DNA from: an uncultured delta proteobacterium
GTDB taxonomy: Bacteria; Desulfobacterota; Desulfomonilia; UBA1062
DNA length: 64,000 bases
Direction: 5' to 3'
Assembly: GCA_963752595.1 (NCBI GenBank)
Contig: CAVVYZ010000015.1
Coordinates: 32,001 to 96,000 of the forward strand
A model generated the notes under the pieces. The model saw only the letters and a list, made by a program, of their open reading frames with translations, ran no database searches and was not told the DNA's origin. Shown one piece after another: positions 39,402 through 50,489 of the stretch. The position numbers were made by a program, and so were the translations under genes. The stretch's first letter is position 1, and the number at the start of each line of letters is the position of its first letter.

Positions 39402-40031
39402 ATGAGCGATCAGAATGTGCCGAACTGGCTCCAGTGGGCGAGGGAGATACAGTCCATGTCCCAGACAGGACTTGCCTACAGCCGGTCGGAATATGAAACC
39501 ATGCGGTACAGGCGTCTGCTCGAGATTGCTGCAGAGATGGTGGGAAGTCAGACCGGGATTGCTACGGACCGGCTCGTGGAAAGTTTCTCTGCCCAGCCCG
39601 GATACGCGACGGTAAAGGTCGATGTACGCGGCGTCGTGATCAAGGACTCCATGATCCTGCTGGTGCAGGAGAGGATAGACAACCGGTGGACGATGCCCGG
39701 AGGCTGGGCCGATATCGGGGAACACCCATCGGAGATGGTGTCCAGGGAAGTGCTGGAAGAAAGCGGGCTTATCGTCAAGCCGGTGAAGCTCATCGGGCTG
39801 TACGATTCCGACCGGGCCCCTGTTCTTCCGGATTTTTACCATACCTACAAAATCATCTTCTTGTGCGAGATACTGGGCGGAGAGCCCAAACCCGGGGATG
39901 AGACCATAGATGTCGGTTTTTTCAGCTTTGATGACCTGCCGCCTCTTTCAGGATACCGCACTACAAAAAGGCACCTCATGGATATCAAGGCTCACGTGGA
40001 AAACCCTTCAAAGCCGTCATCGTTCGATTGA
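39402..40031 (+). CDS. Nudix hydrolase (YjhB-like, Nudix_N domain)
   Basis: QTGLAYS, GYATVKVDVRG, PGGWAD.GE......REVLEESG. Confidence 0.9.
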   Translation: MSDQNVPNWLQWAREIQSMSQTGLAYSRSEYETMRYRRLLEIAAEMVGSQTGIATDRLVESFSAQPGYATVKVDVRGVVIKDSMILLVQERIDNRWTMPGGWADIGEHPSEMVSREVLEESGLIVKPVKLIGLYDSDRAPVLPDFYHTYKIIFLCEILGGEPKPGDETIDVGFFSFDDLPPLSGYRTTKRHLMDIKAHVENPSKPSSFD

Positions 40032-41584
40032 TGAAGGAGATATCTGTTTTTGGAGCAGGTTTGTCATTAATCCCCGGCACCGGCTGCCGGCCCGAGAAGT
40101 CAAGCCCGACAGACATTCTGACGATACGGAGACGAAGAAACCCGGCAATCCTGGAGAATGCGGCAGGCCAGGTCGTCGGGCGGAGTTCGAGGAGAGATCC
40201 CATGGATCATAGGGCTTCGGCAGGAGTGGGCAAAGACACCGGCAGGCGGGCGATCTTCCGTCGGAGGGTGCTCAACACCCGCACGGGAGATTTTTCCCGG
40301 CCATTGCTTGCTGCGGCAATTCTCCTTATCATAGCTTGTGCAGGGTGCTCACCGGCAACGCCGAAGCCGTCCACTTCAGGGCCTGCTGCTATCGATATCA
40401 AGAAGCTCCTCGACAGCAAGTACGATACGTTCGTTTTCCGTGAGGAATTCTCGGTAACTCTCTCACATCTCATCGATTCTTCATGGGATGAAAGCGGCAA
40501 CTGGAAGGGAGACCTCCAGGGCGATGCCACAGCCTTTGCTCCCATGATCCTCTATGCCCTCGGCCGGGAGACGGACAGCAAAGAACTGGTATCCATGGCC
40601 GATAAAACGGTGGCGTATGAAGCAGGGCTCGTGAAAAGGTGTTTCACCTGGCCGGTTCAGGGCATGAATATGGTCATCGGGTTCCCGGCACTCGTGCAGC
40701 CGTATCTCCGGACAGGTGATGCCCGGCACCTGCCGTTGTTTTTGCGCGGTGTCCGCATAGGATACGCATGCATCTCCCTTTCACCCGGGTTTTTCACCCC
40801 GTTTGTCAGGGACCAGGCCAGTGCGTACGGATTGATCGGATATATGAGCTTTGTCGCAGCGGATGTATCCGATGACCCTGATCAAAAGGATGCATTCATC
40901 CGCAAAGGGATCTCCCTGATCAAAAAGGCGAATGCACGGTGCTGGGATGATAAGGAGTCTCTGTACAGGTATTCCTTCCTCATGGACTGGTCTCAGGGAA
41001 CCATGATGATGACCCTGATAAAGGCGTATCGCGCGACAGGCGACATGAAACACCTGGATCAGGCCCTCCTTGTGCTGAAAACCATGGACCGCTGCTGCCA
41101 CGATACGCTTCAGGGCGGGTATTCAGGTCATCCCGATTCGGATACCAAGGGGCTTTCCGGGAATAACAACATGGCATGGGTCCTCCTCGATCTCTATGAG
41201 GCTACGGGAGATGAGCAGTATCTGGAAAAGGCAGGGGCTCTTCTTGGGTGGATCCTTTCGGAAGATCTCTATGACACGGCAAAAGGGCTCATCCGCCATC
41301 ATTATGCAAGGAAAACCGGGAGGGCGGCATATAGCTGTACGGGATGCAATTTCCATACATTGACCTGCATTTACCGTTACAACACCCTTCTGGAGAATCA
41401 TAAAAAACTTTCATATCAAGAATGCTTTGGCAGTCATGCAGAGTATGGTATAAGGCATCACCCTAATAGGGAAGAGGGATATCCTGTTGACGAAAAAGGG
41501 CATGGGGTAGAGGGGTCAAACCTTTTAGGGTGCCTGGAAAGGCATCTTTCTCAATTCATAAGAAAAAGAACCACAGGAGGAGAA
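40028..41584 (+). CDS. Putative lipoprotein with (alpha/alpha)6-toroid GH76/AGE-like domain; start uncertain; reads through in frame into gamma-CA
   Basis: Lipobox-like IACAGC; repeated LxxxYxATGDxxYL helices; no stop before 41585. Confidence 0.55.
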
Positions 41585-42136
41585 ATGATTGCACCTTACG
41601 AAGGCAAAGTGCCCAAGATCGGAAAGAACGTCTTTATCGCGCCGACTGCATGCGTTATAGGAGACGTTGAAATCGGCGAAGGGACGAGCATCTGGTACGG
41701 AGCCGTAATAAGGGGCGACAGGGCAAAAATCCGCATCGGCAGGAATACGAATATCCAGGATAACGTAACGCTGCATGCCGATGCAGAGAGCCCCCTCGTC
41801 ATCGGGGATTATGTTACGATCGGGCATAATGCCGTAATTCACGGATGCACCATAGGTGATGATTGTCTGGTCGGCATGGGATCGGTGATTCTCGATGATG
41901 CTCATGTACAGAGCGGGTCGGTCATAGCATCGGGATCTGTGGTAAAAGAGGGAGGGGTGATAAGGTCTTTCTGCCTTGCTGCCGGTTCCCCTGCCGAAGT
42001 CAAAAAAGAACTCGGGCCTGAAAGATCAAAGAAGAACAGGCAGGGGGCAAGGACTTATTGCGAACTTGCAAAGGCGCACCGGGAGATACATGCCGCTGAG
42101 ACGGTGTCTCCAAGGAAAGGGGAGGACAAGGGCTGA
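41585..42136 (+). CDS. Gamma carbonic anhydrase family protein (YrdA/PaaY-like)
   Basis: AGGAGG SD before ATG; IGDV.IG...SIWYGAVIRGD, NIQDN..LH, VTIGHNAVIHGC. Confidence 0.9.
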   Translation: MIAPYEGKVPKIGKNVFIAPTACVIGDVEIGEGTSIWYGAVIRGDRAKIRIGRNTNIQDNVTLHADAESPLVIGDYVTIGHNAVIHGCTIGDDCLVGMGSVILDDAHVQSGSVIASGSVVKEGGVIRSFCLAAGSPAEVKKELGPERSKKNRQGARTYCELAKAHREIHAAETVSPRKGEDKG

Positions 42137-42263
42137 ACCTTAACGCTCAAGGGATCGGTTCTATTGAGAGGGCTCTATCTTTTGTGTGAATAATCCGGAG
42201 AAATATAGTATGGTTAAAAGATACTTTTGCTGCATGAATCTGGAAATACTATAGGAGATTGGT

Positions 42264-43464
42264 ATGCTCACACCTATTCAGCTCGAGAGGTATGCGGAAG
42301 TACTCCTCTGGGGGCTCAAGACAGCCAGGACGGAAAAATTCAAGAAGGGGGACAACGTCCTTATCCGTTACGATCTGGCGGCACTCCCTCTGGCCGAGGT
42401 GCTGTATCCCCGGCTTATGGAAGAAGGCTTCAATCCCATTCAGCGGCTAACGCTGACGGAACACATGGAAAAGGACTTCTACATGCTCTCGGATCCGAAT
42501 CAGCTCGTATTCAAGGCACCGGGAGACCAGGAGCTCTTTTCCGCACTGAACGGAAGCATATCCTTAAGGGCGCCGAGCTCTATCACGCACTTGAGCTCCA
42601 TTGACCCGAGCAAGATAGGCAAGGTGGCTGTAGCAAAAAAATATCTGAGCGATATCCTTGATGTCAGAGAGGCAAAGGGCCTGTTCGGATGGACCCTGTG
42701 CATGTATCCCACCGAGGAACTGGCGCGTCACGCCTCCATGAGATCCGGAAGAATATACGGACCAGATCGTGAAGGCCTGTTTCCTCGGCCGCAAGGACCC
42801 GGTAACCCTCTGGAAAGACATTTACAAAGATGCCCAGGCCATCAAGAAATGGCTCAATGCCATGAAGGTGAAGTTCTATCACGTCGAATCAGAGAATATC
42901 GATCTTGAGATCTTCCCGGGTGAATTCAGGAAGTGGATCGGGATATCCGGGCACAATATCCCGAGCTTCGAGCTCTTCCTCTCGCCGGACTGGCGGGGCA
43001 CGAGCGGGATCTACTACGCAGACCAGCCCTCGTACCGCAGCGGCAACTATACCTGCGGCATCCGGCTTGAATTCAGTAGCGGATCTGCAGTCAACGTCGA
43101 TGCCGAAGAAGGGAGGGATTTCGTCCAGAAGCAGCTTTCCATGGATGAAGGAGCAAACAAGATCGGTGAATTCTCACTCACGGACAAGAGATTCTCGAAG
43201 ATCGACAAGTTCATGGCCAACACCCTCTTTGACGAGAATTTCGGCGGCAAGAACGGAAACTGCCATATCGCCGTGGGGGCCTCCTATTCCGACACCTTTG
43301 ACGGGAATGCCGCAGAGCTCACCAAGGAAAAGAAGGCCAAGCTGGGCTTCAATGACTCAGCGCTGCACTGGGATCTCGTCAATACCCAGGACAAGAGGGT
43401 GGTTGCATACCTGGAAACAGGAGAGAAGAAGACCATCTACGAGAAGGGTATGTTCACCTACTAA
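42264..43464 (+). CDS. Peptidase M29 aminopeptidase (AmpS/PepS-like); frameshift near 42745
   Basis: YAEVL, WTLC.YP, HNIPSFE.F.SP, IGEFSL, LFDENFGG, HIAVG, NDSALHWD. Confidence 0.88.
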
Positions 43465-43523
43465 AGGTGCAAAGGCTTCCGGCACGGTAAGCCGTATTTG
43501 CTCCGATCTGTCAGCAGCAAAAG

Positions 43524-43557
43524 AAGAGCAGTGCTTCATGAATCAAGCACTGCTCTT
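43524..43557. terminator. Bidirectional terminator between aminopeptidase and pstS
   Basis: 13-bp perfect stem AAGAGCAGTGCTT/AAGCACTGCTCTT flanked by A and T runs. Confidence 0.8.
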
Positions 43558-43576
43558 TTCATCTGATTATTATCCT

Positions 43577-44416
43577 CTACTTAAGGCCTACAAAGCCTTC
43601 TTCCTCGACGAGTTTCTGGCCTTCCTTGCTCTTGATGAAATCGATGAATTTTTTCACATTCCCCGCAGGTAAACCATTTGTATACATGAACAGCGGCCTT
43701 GAGAGGGCGTATTTTTTATTGAGAACGTTCTGCTTTGTACATTTCACCCCGTCGACATCAACAGCCTTTACCCTAGGGGTTATATATCCAAGGCCGACAT
43801 ACGCGATAGCCCCCGGAGTCTGGGCAACGGTTTGAGCCCCTGCCTGGTTTGAGGCTGTTGTAAGGGCATCGCGACGCACCTTCTCTTTATTCAGCACAAG
43901 CTCCTCAAAGCTCTCGAACGTGCCGCTCGAGCTGTCACGGGAGACCACAACGATCCTGGCGTTCTTCCCCCCGAGTTCTGACCAGTTGGAAATCTTACCG
44001 GTATAGACTGCTTTTATCTGTTCTCTGGTTAGATTTTTTACCGGGTTCGATGGATGGACGATGACGGCAATCCCGTCCATGGCTATTATGTTTTCATAGG
44101 GATTTACTCCTGATCCCTTTGCCTTTGTCTTCTCCTCATTCTTGATATTCCGGGAGGAATCAGCAATGTCTGTGGTTTTGTCGAGGAGTGAAGCTATTCC
44201 TACTCCGGATCCCCCTCCCTGGACTGAGATATTGATCCCGGGATTCTTATCCATGAATTCTTCTGCCGCAGCCTGTGCTATCGGCAACACGGTCGTTGAT
44301 CCTTTTATGGTGAGGCTGTTGCCTGCCGCGTATGCAGATGTGCTCAATGCAATGGAAAAAAGCACAGCTGTCGCGGTGATAAAAATTGATTTTGAAAACA
44401 TGCAGTATCTCTTCAT
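43577..44416 (-). CDS. pstS: Phosphate ABC transporter substrate-binding protein
   Basis: KGSTTVLP, GGGSGVG, DGIAVIVH, SRDSSSGT, RPLFMYT. Confidence 0.93.
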   Translation of the reverse strand: MKRYCMFSKSIFITATAVLFSIALSTSAYAAGNSLTIKGSTTVLPIAQAAAEEFMDKNPGINISVQGGGSGVGIASLLDKTTDIADSSRNIKNEEKTKAKGSGVNPYENIIAMDGIAVIVHPSNPVKNLTREQIKAVYTGKISNWSELGGKNARIVVVSRDSSSGTFESFEELVLNKEKVRRDALTTASNQAGAQTVAQTPGAIAYVGLGYITPRVKAVDVDGVKCTKQNVLNKKYALSRPLFMYTNGLPAGNVKKFIDFIKSKEGQKLVEEEGFVGLK

Positions 44417-44460
44417 CGAATTTCTCCTATATTTTATTGGCCTTATTCTTTCATTGAACA

Positions 44461-44498
44461 GTTAAGGGGATATAAGCATTGAGTTAATTCTCCGTTAA
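44461..44498 (-). promoter_or_regulatory. Pho-box-like direct repeats upstream of pstS
   Basis: GTTAA at 44461, 44483 and 44494 (multiples of 11 bp; the intervening 44472 position is degenerate). Confidence 0.65.
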
Positions 44499-44790
44499 GA
44501 AAAAAGAACCGCTGCCTTATAGAGAATATCATTTCAGAGAGCTCCGAAAACAAGCCTACTGTGTACCATTGGGTCGAGCATATGAGGGATCTCGACTCTT
44601 TGCAACCACTTGAAGCATTCTCGAGGATGATGCAGGACACCTTGATATAATGAAATACTTTAATATTAATTCTTCTAGTTGGGGAACGTATAAAATGTAT
44701 TGTTTGCCAGGAAGTAACACTTTTCTTATACGAACCTGATACTCCGCATAAATTCAGTCTTGTCGTCATAATCATTATGAGGAGGATTTC

Positions 44791-45979
44791 ATGAAGAAGC
44801 CGTTCATATTGTTTTCTGCAGTTGCTTTCGTTCTCACCCTTTGGACACCGGTTGGGGCAGCTGAGAAGACAATGGAAGAACGCATCAAAGTATTAGAAGA
44901 TATCTTCGGAGGATGGACGATTTATGGGAGCATCCGTTTCGCAACGTTTTATGAAAAATCGGACAATGACTTCGTTACGGATACGGACGGGGTAACCAGG
45001 ATAAATACCGCACCGGTACTCACAGGTCCTGATCAGAAAGTAACGCAGTGGGCCCTGGCAAACAACTCCCGTCTGGGTGTGTCAGTGGACAGGAAAGACA
45101 ATTTCGGAGGGCGCGTCGAGCTTGCATTGAAAAATGATGCATCGGTCGGAGTACGTCTGGCGTATGGAACCTATACATTTGAAAATGCCACTTTCCTCTT
45201 CGGGCAGGACTACACGCCGCTTTCGGAATGGGATTACAGCAACCAGGTCTTCTTTAGTGATAACAACCTGGCAGGCTGGGGGATTATCGATGTGAACGGC
45301 AAACGGATACCCCAGGTAAAGGTCAAGTGGTACGGGCTCCAGGTTGCACTTGTGCAAAACAAGGATGCAAGCACCCTCAACCTGCCTGCAGATGCAAACG
45401 CGACAACTGAAAATCTTCTGCCCAACGTGGAAGCAAAATACCGACTGAACCTGGATACATTTTTCGCTGATGTATTCGGGGGTGCCGGTTCATATAAAGT
45501 CAAATCCGCGGTCCTTGGAATCGATAGGTCAATAACCAGCTATGCTGTCGGTGCCGGAGGCGGCATGAAAGTCGATCCGGCGTATGCAAAGGCAATGGTA
45601 TGGATAGCCCGGAACGGCAAGCAGATGAGCCTGGACCAGGCGGATGCTGCAGGTGCGACATTCGATCTCGATGCCTTCTCGCTCATCGATGACGATGATT
45701 GGGGCTGGGCCTTCATAACCGGCATAAAGATCGGTAAGATAGCCGTTGAAGCCGGGTACGGGTTCGTCACATCTGAAAAGGATATCGGCGGAGCCGACGA
45801 AGGATGAAGCCCGGAACTATTATATCCAGACGGTGATCCCGGTTGTCCAGAATGTACTGAAGACCGCATTGTTCACTGTAGTTCCGGAGGTTGGTGTGTA
45901 TGATTATATGGATGATGCAAACGGCAATGACCAAGGGAAGGTGACATACGCCGGAGCAAAGTGGCAGATCAGCTTTTGA
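44791..45979 (+). CDS. Outer-membrane porin-like beta-barrel; frameshift near 45800
   Basis: Signal peptide, YGSIR, NSRLG, RLAYG, GQDYTP; second frame ends ...YAGAKWQISF (terminal Phe). Confidence 0.78.
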
Positions 45980-46191
45980 TGCATCGGATCGTACAAAAGG
46001 GCCGGTGCCTGCTCCCGACTCTTTTGGCAAAGTAGTGAATGGTGCCTCCAGCACTCGATCTGTCGACTTATGCTCGCTTGAAATGATAAGTGCTCTTTTT
46101 CGTGAAAAACCCAATAAAAATATACTTTGACTCTTGGCCGGTAATTATCTATATCTCTAGGTCTCTCATATGAAAGGAGCTTTTCTCTTCG

Positions 46192-46638
46192 GTGCAGAAG
46201 GCAAAAAAAGGCGATACCGTAAAAGTCAATTATACCGGCAGATCTGAAGACGGAACCGTGTTCGAGTCATCCATAGGGCTCGTTCCTCTTGTTTTCACGA
46301 TCGGTTCCGATGAGGTGGTCGAGGGGTTTGAAGAAGCTGTCCTCGGGATGCGCACCGGCGAGAAAAAGATCGTGACGGTTCAGCCGGAAGAAGGCTTCGG
46401 CCTGTACGATGAAAGTCTCGTATTCGAGGTCGGCACGGAAGAGCTCCCGGAAGGGGTTGCCCCCCATGTGGGGATGGAATTCGATATGGTGGATGATGAA
46501 GGCCAGGAGGTCTCTGCCACGGTAATCGAAGTCAAAAAGAACACCGTGCTTATCGATGCGAACGCGCCCCTTGCCGGAAAAGCCGTTGTCTACGAGATCG
46601 AACTCCTCGAGATAGTTCAGCAGAAAAGCACTTCATAA
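46192..46638 (+). CDS. FKBP-type peptidyl-prolyl isomerase (SlyD/FkpB-like)
   Basis: GDTVKVNYTG..EDGTVFES, GFEEAV.GM..GE, IDAN.PLAGK. Confidence 0.9.
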   Translation: MQKAKKGDTVKVNYTGRSEDGTVFESSIGLVPLVFTIGSDEVVEGFEEAVLGMRTGEKKIVTVQPEEGFGLYDESLVFEVGTEELPEGVAPHVGMEFDMVDDEGQEVSATVIEVKKNTVLIDANAPLAGKAVVYEIELLEIVQQKSTS

Positions 46639-46659
46639 CAAGGTGCGTGGAACAACAGC

Positions 46660-47343
46660 CTACGACCAAAGGGGCGTAGTACAGTCCAGTGCATCGTAGG
46701 AAGGGTTGTTGACCAGGCGGGATACTTCAAAGGCCTCCATCTCTTCCGAAGGATAGGAAAGAATGCACTCCTTGAGTACGTCATCCCGGTACTCTTCAGG
46801 GTCGAGCCAGGTATGATAGTCCTGCTGTTTAAGTATTGCCGGCATCCGGTTGTGGATCTCTGATATCAGATCATTGGGAGTCGTCGTGATAATGGTACTG
46901 GAAGTGACTTTTCCGCCGGTGCCGGGATCTGTCCACTGATCCCAGAGGCCCGCCATTCCAAAGGGAGCGGTGCTCTTCAGGCGGACGAGAAAGGGCGTCT
47001 TGCCCCTGCCTGCCGATCTCCACTCATAGAATCCGTCGGACACAATGATGCACCGCTTCTTCCGGAAAGGAGTCCTGAAAGAACTCTTCTCCGCAAGTGT
47101 TTCAGCCCGGGCATTGATCATCTTTACCCCCATAGCAGGATCCTTTGCCCAGAAAGGGATCAGACCCCACCGGGTATAGGCAAGCTCAGGCACAGGGAGA
47201 TTGAGCACGGTAAGAATATTTTGGGTTGGAGCTATGTTGTACCGGGGCACAAAGCCGGACCGCACCTCACTGCTTATTTCGAGGTCCGAAATCATGACCT
47301 TGATTTTCTCAGGATTCGATACCTGGATGAAACGTCCGCACAT
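46660..47343 (-). CDS. SOS response-associated peptidase (SRAP/YedK/HMCES family)
   Basis: MCGRF, RYNIAPTQ, WGLIP, INARAET, GFYEW, IHNRMP. Confidence 0.95.
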   Translation of the reverse strand: MCGRFIQVSNPEKIKVMISDLEISSEVRSGFVPRYNIAPTQNILTVLNLPVPELAYTRWGLIPFWAKDPAMGVKMINARAETLAEKSSFRTPFRKKRCIIVSDGFYEWRSAGRGKTPFLVRLKSTAPFGMAGLWDQWTDPGTGGKVTSSTIITTTPNDLISEIHNRMPAILKQQDYHTWLDPEEYRDDVLKECILSYPSEEMEAFEVSRLVNNPSYDALDCTTPLWS

Positions 47344-47492
47344 ATGGTCCCGTACGTCCTCTTTCCTTGGTTACTCTGCATATGCTCCGATACAAGAATA
47401 AGTGGATGATGCGGGAAGATCAACCATAATTAAGTTTATAATACCTGAAAAATCCGCTAAAAACATACCGTGCTGCATGAGATAAAAGGAGG

Positions 47493-48161
47493 GTGATTAT
47501 GTATAGATATCTGTATCTGATTCTTTTGTGTCTTTTCCTCCAGGCCCCGGGTGCATCCGCAGGCCCTCTTGAGGAGGGGTGGAAGATTGCGAAACAGTCA
47601 GAAGGGATCTCCGTATATACCAGGCCGGTCCCGGGGTCCGAGTTCAAAGAGTTTATGGGCGTTACGGATGCGGATGCGCCTATGGAAGTGTTACTGGCAT
47701 TATTCAGGGATACCCCCTCTTTCCCCCAGTGGTTCGGCTTCTGTCGGGATATCCGGCTCTTGAAGGATGTCTCCGATGTGCACAAGATCGTGTACTTTAT
47801 CCTTGCAACGCCATGGCCGGTAAAAGACAGGGATATAGTCATCGATGTGAAATTCGATGTCCGCAAGGGTGAGGGGAAGGCGATTATCACCATGAATGCG
47901 CTCAAAGATGAACTCGTTCCCGTACAGAGCAAATACGTCAGGATGACGCACCTGAACGGTAAATGCACCCTCACCAGGATTGATGACAATACCACCCACG
48001 TCGTTTACATGGTGAATTCCGACCCCGGCGGGAATATCCCTGTGAGCGTGAACAACATGCTCGCCAAGGATCAGCCTTTCAAAACGCTCAAGGGCATGAA
48101 GGAGATGGGAAAAAAGGATGTGTACTATGAGAAGGCAGGGCTGAAAAAGAAAGAGCGATAA
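47493..48161 (+). CDS. START-domain lipid-binding protein
   Basis: Signal peptide; W......GI.VY, PWPVKDRD, DPGGNIP. Confidence 0.85.
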   Translation: MIMYRYLYLILLCLFLQAPGASAGPLEEGWKIAKQSEGISVYTRPVPGSEFKEFMGVTDADAPMEVLLALFRDTPSFPQWFGFCRDIRLLKDVSDVHKIVYFILATPWPVKDRDIVIDVKFDVRKGEGKAIITMNALKDELVPVQSKYVRMTHLNGKCTLTRIDDNTTHVVYMVNSDPGGNIPVSVNNMLAKDQPFKTLKGMKEMGKKDVYYEKAGLKKKER

Positions 48162-48183
48162 GAATTTTCTAAGGGAGAATACG

Positions 48184-48753
48184 GTGGCGGATATCGGAGA
48201 TGTAGGGACATGCAGCTATTACCCCCGGAGTGTGCTCAAATTCTGTCCGAGATGCTCATCGGACAAGTTCATTTTCCAAGACCGGAAATGCTTTCTCTGC
48301 GAGGAATGCGGCTTCCGGTTTTTCATTAATGCTGCGGCTGCCGTCGTTGCGCTGATCGAAGATTCTCAAGGGAGACTGCTGCTCGTGAGAAGGGCCGGAG
48401 AGCCCCGGAAAGGGACCCTCGATCTCCCCGGCGGGTTTGTGGATACTGGCGAGACTGCGGAACAGGCCTTACGCAGGGAAATTCAGGAGGAGCTGAATCT
48501 CCGGATCGATCGTTCCACGTACTTCTGTTCCTTCCCCAACACCTATCTTTACGCAGGCATTGTCTATTTCACCCTTGACCTTGCCTTTGTCTGCACGGTC
48601 AAGGATATCTCCCTGATCAAGGCCGGTGACGATGCTGACGGATACCTCTTCCTTGCACCCGGGGCAATTCGTATCGAAGATATCGGGTTCGACTCCATCA
48701 GGGAGATTACCGCGCGTTTTGTGGCATCACGCGTGAAGGATAGGTATCCTTAA
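48184..48753 (+). CDS. Nudix hydrolase with N-terminal zinc ribbon
   Basis: FCPRC...CEECG, LDLPGGFVD.GETAE.AL.REI.EEL. Confidence 0.88.
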   Translation: MADIGDVGTCSYYPRSVLKFCPRCSSDKFIFQDRKCFLCEECGFRFFINAAAAVVALIEDSQGRLLLVRRAGEPRKGTLDLPGGFVDTGETAEQALRREIQEELNLRIDRSTYFCSFPNTYLYAGIVYFTLDLAFVCTVKDISLIKAGDDADGYLFLAPGAIRIEDIGFDSIREITARFVASRVKDRYP

Positions 48754-48840
48754 GAATCCGTGGGGGCATCGCAGGGAACAGGCAGCCGGTAAGCCGGCGG
48801 CGTGTACAAAGAAAGCTGACTTCTGGTAGGAAACAATCCC

Positions 48841-49296
48841 ATGGCAAGGAATACCGGCAAATTCTGGAAAAAGATCCCCCTTGAGGGGATGGACCGCTCC
48901 CAATGGGAAAGCCTGTGCGACGGATGCGGCAGGTGCTGCCTGCGGAAGATCCTGTTCGAAGATATCCACGAGCTGGTCTATACAAAAGTTGCATGCAGGC
49001 TCCTCGATTCTCATACCTGCAGGTGCAGATCGTACGATCAAAGGGATGCACTCAATACCGAGTGTCTCGTGCTGTCACCTGAAAATATCCCTGAGCTCCG
49101 TGAAATGCTTCCCGACAGCTGCGCCTACCGTCTGGTCCTGGAAGGCAGAGAGCTTCCCGGGTGGCACCCGCTGATATCGGGAGACCGGCATTCCGTGCAT
49201 GGGGCGGGCGTTTCCATACAAGGGAAGGTGGTGAGCGAGGAAGGCATCTCCCCGGATGATCTGGAAGATTACATCATCGACTGGGTCACGCATTAA
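48841..49296 (+). CDS. YcgN (UPF0260) cysteine-cluster protein
   Basis: WESLCDGCGRCC, AC.LLD...C.C..Y, LP.SCAYRL, WHPLISG. Confidence 0.92.
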   Translation: MARNTGKFWKKIPLEGMDRSQWESLCDGCGRCCLRKILFEDIHELVYTKVACRLLDSHTCRCRSYDQRDALNTECLVLSPENIPELREMLPDSCAYRLVLEGRELPGWHPLISGDRHSVHGAGVSIQGKVVSEEGISPDDLEDYIIDWVTH

Positions 49297-49380
49297 GAGG
49301 AGAGGCTCTCTCGCCGCCGCAGAGGCTGGTAGCTTTCAGAGGACGATCCCGCTTCGGGAGCGCTTGAAAGGCGGCCGCCG

Positions 49381-50040
49381 CTAGATTGAGTCCTTGTGGT
49401 GCTTGATGACCTTTCCCTTGACCATGTAGATTACGTCTTCGCAGATGTTGGTCGTGAGGTCGGCGACGCGTTCGAGGTTGCCGGCGATCTTCATGAGATG
49501 AAGAGCCCTCTCGATGGTGGTCGGGTCTGATGTCATGAAGGTGATGAGCTCCCGCATGATCTGGTCCCGCAGCCCGTCCACTATGTCGTCCCTTTCACAC
49601 ACGGTCTTGGCCAGGGCTGCATCTTCATTGATGAATGATTTGATCCCGTCGCCGATCATCCCCTTGACCACTTCTCCCATGCGGGGGATATCGATGAGAC
49701 GCTTGACCGGAGGCTGTTCTATGAGGACCAGGCCGCTCTCGCATATGGTGACCGCATGGTCTCCCATCCGCTCCAGATTGCTGTTTATATTGGACATCAT
49801 GAAGATTGTCCTTAAGGATTTGCCGGTAGGCTGATGCTGGGCGATGACGGCGATGCACATCTCATCGAGCTTGATCTCGTAATTATTGGCCATGGGTTCG
49901 TCATTCATGATGACGTCGTTGAGGATTGCGCGGTCGTTTTTTGTCAGGCCCTCGATGCTTTTCCCGATCATACCTTCCACAACGGTCGCATATTGCAGGA
50001 ATTCCTTTTTGATACGGTTGAGCTTGGCTTCTTCCAACAT
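49381..50040 (-). CDS. phoU: Phosphate signalling protein PhoU
   Basis: Two LER(M/V)(G/A)D motifs, QP....LR, DD.VD. Confidence 0.93.
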   Translation of the reverse strand: MLEEAKLNRIKKEFLQYATVVEGMIGKSIEGLTKNDRAILNDVIMNDEPMANNYEIKLDEMCIAVIAQHQPTGKSLRTIFMMSNINSNLERMGDHAVTICESGLVLIEQPPVKRLIDIPRMGEVVKGMIGDGIKSFINEDAALAKTVCERDDIVDGLRDQIMRELITFMTSDPTTIERALHLMKIAGNLERVADLTTNICEDVIYMVKGKVIKHHKDSI

Positions 50041-50048
50041 GGGTCCTC

Positions 50049-50489
50049 CTATGACAGGTGAAGCGGGATCAGGGGTGATTTCGGAAACTCGTCAGGATTC
50101 TTGAATGCGTCTTTTATCCAGCCGTAGATCTCATCGCGAACTCTCCTGAATAGTTTGATGTCTTCGGCCACCGCAGGATCATCGAATTCCCGGTGGACCG
50201 TCTCTTTTGCACCGGCAACATAAGGGCAGGCGGCAAGCGGCCCGCATACGGTCACTGCGAGATAGAATTCCATCCCCTTGAAAGATTCGAGTCCTTTGGA
50301 TTTCTGCATGGAGATATCGATCCCGATTTCTTTCATGGCCGTCACCGCAAGGGGATGAAGCATTGTCGGAAGGGTGCCGGCACTGTAGACCTCGTAGCTT
50401 TTTCCGTAGAGGTGCCTCAATATCCCTTCGGCCATCTGTGACCGTGACGAATTGTGTATGCAGACAAAGATAATCTTCTTTTTCTTCAT
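50049..50489 (-). CDS. arsC: Thioredoxin-type arsenate reductase (LMW-PTP fold)
   Basis: CIHNSSRSQMAEG P-loop, SAGT.P, TVC.....CP redox cysteines, FDDP, FRRVRDEI. Confidence 0.85.
   Translation of the reverse strand: MKKKKIIFVCIHNSSRSQMAEGILRHLYGKSYEVYSAGTLPTMLHPLAVTAMKEIGIDISMQKSKGLESFKGMEFYLAVTVCGPLAACPYVAGAKETVHREFDDPAVAEDIKLFRRVRDEIYGWIKDAFKNPDEFPKSPLIPLHLS

Noticed and set aside
42905-43672. 255-aa Ser/Arg-rich plus-strand ORF
   Set aside because: Alternate frame overlapping the aminopeptidase
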